This document shows positions 1 to 10,729 of a stretch of DNA of 64,000 nucleotides, in pieces (the stretch's first letter is position 1; every line of letters starts with the position of its first letter). Below the pieces are notes generated by a model. That model saw only the letters and a program-made list of their open reading frames with translations. It searched no databases and was not told the DNA's origin. The stretch comes from Rhina ancylostomus (Eukaryota): contig JARFYF010000067.1 in the NCBI GenBank assembly GCA_030265395.1, positions 15,668,745 through 15,732,744 on the forward strand, given 5' to 3'. Both the position numbers and the translations under genes were made by a program.

Positions 1-716
1 CATTTGGGTTCTCTGTGAGTTTGATCTGGATCAACATTGTGACACACTGAGGCTGCTTCGCTCAACTGCTGAAACCTTGTTACTTCAACATTTAATTATT
101 CCAACACTCTCCTAACCAGCCTCCCAGCTTCCATACAACATAAACTTGAGCTCAGTTAAAAGGATATTTCAATCCCATCCATCCATCATCATTGTGGTCA
201 CTGATCTATATTACAATTTTTTTAAAAAAACTCTTTTTACTTCACAAATCCCTACAAGAACTTGTCCCTTCCCACTTCTGTAACTTCCTCATCCCTGCAA
301 CTCTCTTTGCTCTGGACTCTTATCTGTTCTCCTTGGGCCGATCACTGGCTGCCTTGGAACACATCATGGAACAAAATGTAATGGAACCATTTTATATGAA
401 TTATGTTATTGGTAACCAGGCAATAGTGCGAGAAAACTGCACTGAGGCACTTCAACTATAATTTTGATGAGTGGCAGAGTAGGCTCGAAGGGCCAGTTTA
501 CTGCTGCTCCTATTTCTTATGTTCTTATGAATGTCATCTTAAATCTCTCCACATTTGTTTTTTGAAGTAGTTATTGAAAATCTACTTATTTTACTATGTA
601 ATAGTGGTACTAATATCTGGATTTAATCCAAATAATTCCTCCTGTTGCCTGGTTTCATTGGAGCATTGCCAGATTTTAAGTACTTCTGTTGTCTCCTCTG
701 CGCCAGTGTAAACAGA

Positions 717-985
717 TCACACAAGATCACAAGACAAAGGAGCAGAAGTAGGCCATTCAGCCTATCAAGTCTGCTCCATGAACTAAATTAAAACTATTCC
801 TATCTAGCCCCAATTTCCAGCCTTAACCCCATATCCCTTGATACTTTGACTAATTAGATACCTATCTACCTCCTCCTTAAACACCTCCAATGATCTGGCG
901 CAGTATCTGCTCACAATCCTCTCAGAGCAATTCCTCCTCATCGCCATCTGAGAAGACTGATCCCTTATTCTGAAACCATGCCACA
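717..985 (-). mobile_element. CR1-like LINE 3' fragment
   Basis: cacaagatcacaagacaaaggagcagaagtaggccattcagcc tail; minus-strand ORF remnant SLEVFKEEVDRYLISQSIKGYG. Confidence 0.7.
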
Positions 986-1029
986 TAAACCTTCCGTGCT
1001 CAGCATCTCCCCTAAGATCTGGTGAAGAG

Positions 1030-1130
1030 TTTCAGTTGTTAACTATTTCTCTCCACAGATGTTGCTGACCTGTTGAGTGTTTCCAGCATTTTCTGGTTTT
1101 ATTACAGGTTTCCAACATCTGCAGTTTTTC
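1030..1130 (+). mobile_element. Penelope-like element terminal fragment
   Basis: ctctccacagatgttgctgacctgttgagtgtttccagcattttct motif, recurring at ~3030, ~5070, ~6170 (inverted) and ~33930. Confidence 0.55.
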
Positions 1131-1524
1131 AATTTTCTCCTCAGAATGTAACTTGTAACTCTCAGCTGCTAACCTCCAATGAGTGTTGGCCCAACCTGCT
1201 CCACTGCCTCTCATAAGACAACCCCTTCATCCAAGGAATCAACCTGGTGAACCTCCCCAAACGTCTCCAATCCAAGTTTAGTTCTCCTTAAATAAGGATT
1301 AGGATGAAGCAGTTTGACTTATCTCGTTGAGTCTAGGTTAATCTGAAGTGTGCAACCTGTGTTATCATATTCTATTTGGTATTGGTATTGGTTTATTATT
1401 ATCACTCATACTGAGGTACAGTGAAAAACTTGTCTTGCAAACCGATCGTACAGGTCAATTCATTACACAATGCAGATACATTGGGTTAGTACAGAGTGCA
1501 TTGCAGTAGTACAGGGTAAAAACT

Positions 1525-2320
1525 CTTGACTTGTGGCTTGAAATTGGCAAGCTCTGGAGAGTCAGGAGACAAGTCACTTGCCACAGATTACCTATTCTCT
1601 GACTTCCTCAGACACCACGGTATTTATGGGGTCCACCTAGTTGTGAGCCTGGTCAATGATGACCCTAGGATGTCGATGATGGGCTGTTTATGATGGTGAT
1701 GCCATTGAGTGTCAAGGAAGGTCATTGGACTCTTTCTTTTGAAGATTCTCATTGCTTTGCATTGAGTGGTATGAACATTACTCATCATTGATCAGCACCA
1801 GCCTGAGAAAGCCTGAATCCACACAGGGTAGTCCAATCCATTTCATTAACTCAGGACTTGTAAACAAGAACTGAATCCTGCAATCTCCAGCAACCATTCC
1901 CACATGATGGAGGGAAGGCCGTTGAAGAACCATATGAAGATCATTTGGTTTTGGCCATTTATTGGAGAAACTCCTGCAGCAATGTCCTGGGGCTGAGAAA
2001 TTGACCTCCAGCAACCACAATCCTTTCCTTTGCGTGAGGTGTGGCTTCAACCATGGAATTTCCCTTACCACAAATACCCAGTGATTTCAGCTTCATGAGG
2101 GTTCCATGATGTTCTGACTTCAAGGACTTCTGCCTCATTTCTAGGATTCAGGTTGTATAGTCACTTGACTATAATGGATGTGGAGCTGAGAGTTCTGATT
2201 GAACACAAATCAAGAAGTTTATTAGTAAGAAAGTGCTGATGACATTTTGCTGATGGGGCAGTGATGGGTTAGACTAATGGGGCAGTAATTTGGCAAGATT
2301 CATCCTGATTTTGTAGATGA
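1525..2320 (-). mobile_element. Decayed LINE (CR1/L2 superfamily) fragment
   Basis: Similar to segments at 21150-21810 (+) and 28400-29430 (-); RT-region remnant. Confidence 0.45.
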
Positions 2321-4969
2321 CAGAATGCATATCGATGCTGACTCCATCTTCATAGTCTGAGAATGAACACACTGAGCGTTACTATTTATTCAAACATCAG
2401 TTTTAATATGGGTGGTTTGTTCAGACTCTAAGTAAATTAGGTGTTTGAATTGACTGTGTCCTTGAAAGCTGCAGGGTAAACAGCAGGTTGATTCTGTTAC
2501 AGACACAACATGTAAGGGAAGCTTCAAAACACAATAAAAATCAAAAGTACATTATGGGTGGTTCAAAATATTCAAAATGACAGCAATTGCTCTTCCAGTT
2601 TGTTGATTCTCATTATCAGTTCATTCTGCAATGAGTAGACCTGTGGTCAGTGTGATTGAAGAATTTCACTGCAGTACAGTATAGAACAATAACTGCTTTC
2701 TTTATTACCACACCCAAGATACTGGGCATACAGTGGGTCTATTCAAAGAGTTTTCTTTAATAGGAAATATAGTAACACAACAAAACACAACAACATGCAT
2801 TAACAATCTTTTATCCACTATCTTATTACCTCAGAAGATCCAACTCGATGCACTAGAGAGGTTTCATGCTGACTCTTGTCAGTTCTGTTCATAGTTGTCA
2901 ATACATTCAGTTACTCCACCCCCAGCAGCAGTGCATCTCAGTCTAGGTCATCAAGCTAACCCGGCATCGACTGTACCTCTGAGACAGTAACTCAAAGGTC
3001 AAGACAACTGAAACTGAACACTGATTATCTCTGTGTCTCTCTCCACAGATGCTGCCTGACCTGCTGAGTGTTTCGAGCATTTTCTGTTTCAGTCCAAAGT
3101 ACAAATTGCAGTATGACAAAGCTCAGTGCCAAAATGAGTAGATTTAATTGCACACTTTCCCCAGAAGAAACATGACTGAAAAGAACAAACAGGTTCGTTA
3201 ATTCTTTCGGCACAGAACTGGTCAGCCATGTCCAGCTATCTGCATCCGAGCATGCTCCAAAGTGACTATTAATGTGCTCTGAACCAGCTGAAAAAGCCAC
3301 ACCAGCTGTTTGCCCACTAACCAATAGTGGTAACTGAACATTCTGTTGGCCATATTCCAAGAACCATTCAGCAACAAGAATGCCTGCAGCCTAATCTTTA
3401 GAAATCCATTAAGAAACAATCGGCATAACCTCCCTGCACCTTTTAAATACTCCTTCGATCAAGTACAATGCCCAACCTATAGGATGACATGGACCAATAT
3501 CCATGGGCTGTTAGCCCAGCACAGATATTGCTCCCACTACCTGTGTTGTGGCCTCACATCCCACTGCCCAGACTTGAACAAATAATGGATGTCGGCACAT
3601 CAGTCCAGCTCCTGGAAACACCGGCAGCTGCAAAGGCTTTTGGATGAGCTGCTAAAATAAGGCTGCTCTCCTTACCAATGTCAAAGATCTCGTGAGTCTC
3701 TAAGAATGTACAAATTTCCCTAATATCTTCAAGTATATCTATCTCACAGTAAACATTACCAAAAGATTAACTGATTATTATATCACTGTTTGTGGGTGCT
3801 TTGGTTGCACTGACCAAGCTGACATATTCCTTATACTGCATTATGGAAGATAAGAAATAGAAGTGAAAGCCGTTTGGCAACAGAAGTTGGACTATTTGGC
3901 TTGTACTCTGTCACTGAGTCCTCAGAGTAGTGAATTCACTGCTCTCTAGTGAAGGGATGATGGATCTCTTTTATTTTAACAGTGACACCTTGTTTTAGGC
4001 ACCCAAATCAGGGGAACCATACCTTAAGAATTTTATGCTTCAATGGGATCACTATATGTACCTCAAAAATTGGACTATACTTGACTGTGCAGCTTTTGGA
4101 ACATCCTGTGGTCACATGAGAGACGTAAAGGTAAATTATTTCTTTGATCAGCAAGTTTGGAGCTGACACACCCAACTCTTGAAAACATTTGACCTCCAGC
4201 TGTGAGGATCTTCCATCTGTGAGACTGAAGTTCAAGGTGACTGCAGGTGTTTGGCATTTACACTAATGTAACCAAACATTGAGCCCAGAATAGCTGTGTA
4301 GCTCCATATTACTCCAACATAACGATAAGCTCACATCTTTACAAAAGAGCAGAAATGAGCTTGTGCCTCACTGTGTGTTATAGCAGACACTCAGGTTTCA
4401 GACCACACACCGTTGTTAGCTTGCCTTTTACTGGGGTCTGGCAGCTGTCCAGTACCAGCAGGGGACTGCTCTCAATTCCAGTAGATTGGTGCACAATCTG
4501 AGCTCAGGTCTAATTCCTGAAGGTGTTTCAATTATTGTGAGAGGAGGGATCTTTCTAGGAGAAAGAAGTTTCTCCCCTGTATATCCTGCACATGTCCTTC
4601 AACAGTACCCCAAATTACTGAAGAGAAGCCTTTGGAAGATGTAAATTACCTGCTGCAGTTGTGCAGGTGAGGTGATAGACAAAGACAGATGTTACATTCA
4701 GCACTTTATGCAAACCACTGATGCGATAGAAAAGCCAGAAACACATTGAATTGATCTCTTCCCACTGAACCAGAGAAACCTCTGGCAGTTCTCCTCCACA
4801 GTAATGAAGGAAGAATGTGTCTACTACAGCCACAGCGTCTGATGTTCATCAGTGGTTGAACATGTATCCTCTCAAATCTCAGCTCATCTTCCATATACAT
4901 CTCAATCATCACAAATGCAAAATGCACCATTTTCGCTTCACCTGTTCCCCAACACGGGGCAGGTCATGC

Positions 4970-5155
4970 AGCCTATGTGGAGGAAGAAGCTGAGTAAACT
5001 TTTCAGGTTGACAACCTTTCATCAGAAAGGTCTGAGTTTTGATGAAAAGTAGTCAAAACTCGTACATTATTTCTCTCTCCAGCTGCCTAAGCTGGGTGAG
5101 AATTTTCAACATTTTCCATTTTATTTCAGAGTTCCAGCATCTGCAGCTCTTTGAT
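4970..5155. mobile_element. Inverted (head-to-head) Penelope-like termini with a hammerhead-like core
   Basis: Minus strand CTGATGA-A-AGGTT-GTC-AACCT-GAAA; degenerate mirror copy on the + strand followed by the PLE terminal motif. Confidence 0.5.
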
Positions 5156-5547
5156 TACAGGGCAGTTCATCATCATTGCCAACTTTAATCTCGCGGCATT
5201 ACAAAGAGCTATGCCAATACGCAAAACAATACGCTGAACTCCTTGAATCTTTCCGCCAGCTCCAGGTTGTGAGTACTTTTTGCTGAAGAACATAATGTAC
5301 ATTTGGGACAAAAATGGTCTGATTTGATTTAGTGTCTACCTTCAGCTGTGACCGTGGTGAAAAAGTCCCACCCATCAAATTTGATGGAGTACCACTCCAC
5401 TGCAATCAGATTTGACTATGGTTGGTCACATCGCCATTCACTTGTAGTAAAGGAAATTTATGTCCTGTGCAGTGCAATTTCATATCAGGCTGATTTGTCA
5501 CAGGGCTGAGTCCCTTTCATCTCAATGCATCCAAGTTTTCATGGATA

Positions 5548-5822
5548 ATAGAACCATAGAACAATACAACGTAATACAGGGCCTACGGCCCGCCATGTTG
5601 TACCGCCTTTCAAACCACACCTAAGACTATCTAACCCCTTCCTCCCACATATCCCTCTATCTTAAATTCCTCCATANNNNNNNNNNNNNNNNNNNNNNNN
5701 NNNNNNNNNNNNNNNNNNNNNNNNNNNNNNNNNNNNNNNNNNNNNNNNNNNNNNNNNNNNNNNNNNNNNNNNNNNNTCTCCTCATAATCCATACTCTCTA
5801 ATCCAGGCAGCATCCTAGTAAA
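5548..5822 (-). mobile_element. CR1-like LINE 3' fragment (contains a gap)
   Basis: atagaaccatagaacaatacaac tail; minus-strand ORF MLPGLESMDYEE. Confidence 0.7.
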
Positions 5823-6154
5823 TCCCCTAATATCAACTTCAATGACTACAGTTGAAAAAACAAATCAATTCTACTATCGTCACTCCATACAACCATGTAT
5901 TTGCTGAGAGATATGTAAAGTTCTAACATGTTTCTGAGCAACCACTCCCTAATTAGTTCCCTCTTTTTACTCCGCAGGGTAAAGTGTAATTTAATAAAAC
6001 TAGTCCTGAAAATAAGAGAGGTGATACCTGCATTTCATGAGTCACTGTTGGCTTGTTTTAACAGTCGAATTTATATCGGAGGGTGGGGGTGGGGTTGGAG
6101 ANNNNNNNNNNCCCCCCCTGGAGAATGAATGCTAAACACTTGCTATCCAAAGCA

Positions 6155-6420
6155 AAAGGAAACTGATGGAGGAACTCAGCAGGTCGAGCAGCATCTGTCG
6201 AGAGAAGGGAATTTTGGGTCAAGATCCCACATCAGGACAGAGTGGAAAGGGAAGGTAGCCAGTATAAAGAGAATGGGGAGGGGTACAACAGGGGATCAGT
6301 GGACTCAGGAGTCCACCTAATGCCCTCATCTCCCCCTACAAATGTTGCTCAACCCACTGAGATCCACCAGCAGATTGTTTTGCTCCAGACTCCTGCACCT
6401 GCAGACTCTCCATTTGATAT
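6155..6420. mobile_element. Inverted pair of Penelope-like termini
   Basis: gaactcagcaggtcgagcagcatctgt (6172-6198) mirrored by acaaatgttgctcaacccactgagatcc (6338-6365). Confidence 0.5.
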
Positions 6421-6791
6421 CCAAACACTTTTGAAGTAATCTGCTCATTTCTCTACAGTTTCTGGGGAGTGTCTCAATTTACTTCTCAAGAGGATTGAAG
6501 AGCTCCTGTCTCCATTAACAAATAATTGGCAAGAAGGGCCAGGCCATTGGTATTTTCTGATATGCAAAAGGTTTCATGCAATTTACCAGGCTGCCCTGGC
6601 ATAATCCTACATAAAGAGGCAAAGAGGATTGAAAAACACCATGGATTATTTCAAGGTGTCATCACTTAGTTAATCAGTCTTGGTTCAGTTGCAATCACCC
6701 TCACTGCAGTCAAATTTGTACATAATAAGCTGGGCTAATGCTCCAGTGCAGTAGTGAGTGCTCGCTTATTACAGGAGCATCAGCCTAGCTT

Positions 6792-7097
6792 GGGTGGCAC
6801 AATGGCACTGCTAGCAGAGTTGCTGCCTCTTAGCACCGGCAGCCCTGGGTTCCACCCAGACCCCGGTCCTGTTGGGTGAAGTTTGCACATTTTCCATGTG
6901 ACCACATGGGTTTCCTCCGGGTTCCTCAGTTTCCTTCCACAGCCTAGACATGTGGGCTTGTAGGTGAACTGGGGACTATAAGTTGTTCTAAACTGTATGT
7001 GGTAGAATCTGAGGAGAGCGATGGGAATAAAATCAGTGTGGGATTAGTGTCAATGGGTGCTTGATGGTCAGCGGTCCTGTTTCTGCCCTGTATGCTC
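6792..7097 (+). mobile_element. tRNA-derived V-SINE (HE1-like), apparently inserted into an older DeuSINE-like element
   Basis: gggtggcacaatggc head; V-domain gtttgcacattttccatgtgaccacatgggtttcctccggg; flanks (6680-6780, 7097-7166) resemble Deu-domain sequence. Confidence 0.65.
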
Positions 7098-7499
7098 CAC
7101 TGTCAGAGGAGCCATTTTCAGATGCAACATCAAGCCGATAGGCCACCTCCTCTCCCAGATGGGCATNNNNNNNNNNNNNNNNNNNNNNNNNNNNNNNNNN
7201 NNNNNNNNNNNNNNNNNNNNNNNNNNNNNNNNNNNNNNNNNNNNNNNNNNNNNNNNNNNNNNNNNNAGCAATCCCATCAAGATAACTCCTCTACCACCGA
7301 CTGATTTAATACAATGTTCTGATCAATTATTTATTCCTCAGCAAATATCAGTAGTGAGCTGGTTAATGTTTGTAGAAGCCTCTTGGACACCAATTTACTG
7401 CATTCCAAGTGACTACAGGACATGCAGCTCTTTGTGACATCTTGGGGTTGAGAGCCACTGTTGTGCATTAGGTGCACTCTCAATTTCAACTGCCAACAG

Positions 7500-8460
7500 A
7501 ATTCAGCCCCATTTCACATTTGCTGTGTGACAGCATGCAAGCCATAATCCTGACCAACAGGTTCACAACAGACAGTTTCGATGTCGATCAGTGCCAGATA
7601 GGACAGTACCATCTCCCCAGTGCTTTTCAATCAATCTTGCTGAAATATTGCCTCTCACCTTCAACTGGAACTGATCTTCAGAACTAACAGTAAACCATTA
7701 ACCAACCAAGATCACCTGAACCTCAGTAGATTGGCTGAAGTAGGCAAACTTGTTTGACTGCACTCAGAGACCAAACTCCAATGTTAACTTGTTCACTGAA
7801 ATACAAGAAGATGGGCCTCACATTCAACATCTGCGAGACAAAGGTCTTTCAACCAGTGCCAGTGCACAACNNNNNNNNNNNNNNNNNNNNNNNNNNNNNN
7901 NNNNNNNNNNNNNNNNNNNNCTTCCCTTATCTCAGGATTCACCTCTCAGCAAAGGCACCAGCATAACCTTTGATTAAGGGATAGAGTGTTTGAGACCCAG
8001 ACCTGGCACAAAATTTAGTCTATTGGGTTATGGTGATGCTGACTTTGTGCACTATTGACTCCTAACAGCAAGCATTTCAAGGTACTGGAATGATCAGCAA
8101 GATCCTCCAAATATACTGTTGGCATAAGCAAATCAGTGCCTTCTCCCAACCAGCATCCTCAGCAGTGATACCCTAGTTGCATTTACTTGGCTGCTGGGCA
8201 GGCCACATTGTTTTTAAGCCTGACACCAGACTCCCAAAAACAGTCACTTCATTCTGAGCTCTGTTACGGGAAAAGATTACAAAGTGGAAGTAAAAAATTC
8301 AAGAATATGCAAAGCCTCCTGAAAAATTTTATCATTCCCAGCAATTCTTGGCCCATAACTGTTCCAAGTGAAGGAGCAGTGTTTGGGATGGTATTGAGAA
8401 CCTCAAGCCCATGCAGCAGAAGGACACAGAAGGCCTGGGTAAAGGCCAGCACCACCTTAT
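7500..8460 (+). mobile_element. Decayed RTE-clade LINE reverse-transcriptase C-terminal fragment
   Basis: Translations GLTFNICETKVFQP...FPYLRIHLS and ELCYGKRLQSGSKKFKN resemble the RTE motifs GLxINxxKTxV, FxYLGSxLS and GxRxxGGQKKRxKD. Confidence 0.55.
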
Positions 8461-8615
8461 AAACCAGACAACTAGCGATCTGCTGTCAAGGACTTCCTGA
8501 TCCATCTGTGGAACTCTCGCTAGTTCCCAGGTTAACCTCAGTCACCCTAAAACTGGGAACAAGTTATTCTCAAAGTTTAGGGTGTAAAGTTTAAATGCAA
8601 CTTTAAGGACTGAGC

Positions 8616-10271
8616 AGGCCATGAGATAGGACTTTGGATACAGCAACAGCTGGAAGAATGATGCAAGCTGAGAGTTTAACACCTTCAATAAAGGATGTCC
8701 TATTGATCGCTCTACCTCTGTATCAGCTTTGAGCAGCAACAAAGAGCCCACAGACATTTTACTGGCTTTTTGGGGCTGCACGGTAGCGTAGCAGCTAGCA
8801 TGATGCTATTACAGCGCCAGCAATCGGGGTTCGATTCCCATCACTACCTGTAAGGAGTTTGTACGTTCTCCCTATCTGCATGGGTTTCCTCCGACTGCTC
8901 CGGTTTCCTCCCACATTCTAGAAGATGTATGGGTAGGTTAACATGGGTTTAAAATGGGCAGTGCAGACTCATTAGGCCAGAAGGGCCTGTTACCACGATG
9001 TAAATAAAATATTTCTTTAAATTTTAAATTTATTAAATTAACTTAATTTATAAAATTTAAGTTTGGGTTGTTGCTGCCCATAGGGGTAGCAGGAAGGGGA
9101 TCCAATGTAAATCGAACTCTCTAGGTAAGGTTGTCATGATGGTGAGTGATGGATGTGGGGAGTATGTAAAATAGGAAAAAATGTTCATGAAGATAAATGT
9201 CTGGGGGAGGACAGTACTGATAAACACAGCCACATATAAGAGGCAGACAATGTAGTTTCCAGTGGTAGAGCCAAAGACATACAAGACATTATTGGGTCCA
9301 CTAGTACCACAAACTACAATGTTACATAACAAGGACATAGTGAAAGGACATTTAATCTAGGGACCAGAGGAAACGGATGGCAAATCTGTGGTCATACAGC
9401 TGATGCAAGTCCACCTGCTTTTTATTTTCAAAGCTTTACAGCAATTGTTTAGTGAGGATTGAAAGTGAGAGAATTCAGACAAAATGCTTTGATCCAGTGG
9501 AGAACATCTGAGTGTGTGGTTTAATAGCTCAAAAGCCATCAGGATGAAGAAGAGGTGAAAGTAGAAAACAAGTCCAAAGAAACACCGATAACAGCAGGGC
9601 CAATTGCTTTGCAGTTGAGTCACTTGAACACTACAGACGAGTTTGGTGGCAGATCAAGAGGGCACATGAGTGCAAAGGGCAAGATGGTTGCAATGTGTGT
9701 GGGCACTAAAGCCAAGAGGGATGGCCATGGATGTTTTGAGCTATTAGGCCTCAAAATGCCTATGACTGCCCAGTGCTACAAGTCTCACAGGGTAGGGCAT
9801 ATTGTGTAGGGATGCAGTGCATGGAGCAAGTTACTGCTGATAAGGACAGAAGTTTCTCTTTACCTTTGACATGGGGGAGCAAGGGCATGGAATAGTTCCA
9901 TTGCAGAATCAGATGAGGACCACACATTTAAGGATACTTTGGAGGAACTAACTGTAAGCAAGCATACTGACGGTGCAGTATTGCATTATTTCCCTTTTTC
10001 CCCCATTTCACATACTCCCCACATCCACCACTCACCAACATTACTACCTTACCGAGAGAGTTCGATTTGTATTTTGCATTGGATCCCCCTTCCTACTACT
10101 CCCTCAGTAAAATCCCAAAGCCAGTAAAATGTCTGTGGGCTCTTTATTGCTGCTCAAAGCTGGTACAGAGGTAGAGTGATCAATAGGACATCCTTTATTG
10201 AAGGTGTTAAACTCTCAATTTGCATCATTCTTCCAGTTGCTGCTGTATCCAAAGTCCTATCACGTTGGCCT
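8616..10271. repeat. Long inverted-repeat element (~285-bp arms, ~0.8-kb spacer)
   Basis: 8616-8768 is the reverse complement of 10117-10271 (~93% by eye); 9062-9180 is the reverse complement of ~9990-10116; the left arm is split by a SINE. Confidence 0.85.
8772..9010 (+). mobile_element. tRNA-derived V-SINE with CR1-like tail
   Basis: A/B-box head (cggtagcgtagc...ggttcgattccc), V-domain gtttgtacgttctccc...tgggtttcctccg...ccggtttcctcccacatt, tail ggccagaagggcctgtt. Confidence 0.8.
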
Positions 10272-10729
10272 TTAAAATCTAAGATTTTGAGTTAAGTTTG
10301 AGCTAAGTGGTGTTGGGCACATCTGTGGAAGAGATACTCAGTTTGGGTATAGAGCAGCAATTATGGCATAAACTGGATTATGTCACTTGGATTGAGGAAC
10401 TGCATTTTTGAAATCATAACATTGAACAGCAAAGAGATCCAGAAGCCAGTTGTGCTTCAGGGTGTCCTGGTCCCATCCAAAGCCTTCATTTCTATTTGGA
10501 ACCAAGAGGCTGACAGCACAATAAATTAGCACAGTCCACGTACACAACTGGTAATCCAAAGACCAATGGATCCGAAGTGTAAAACACAAGAATTATGGCT
10601 GTGCAGGTTCAAGATGCACAAAACTGTAATCACAGCTGTAGAACAGCACAAAGTGCACCAGATGGAGCTATTCTTGTAAATCCCACCCCCCAATAAAATA
10701 GCAATGCCAATAAACATACAAAATCAGCA

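Noticed and set aside
1-8600. Short ORFs (60-126 aa) downstream of MYH9 as a possible second gene
   Set aside because: No recognisable domains or consistent exon chain; the ORFs overlap CR1, RTE, SINE and Penelope debris or N-gaps.
8772-8850. tRNA gene (A/B boxes, GGTTCGATTCCC)
   Set aside because: It is the tRNA-derived head of a SINE, followed by a V-domain and LINE-like tail; no full cloverleaf.
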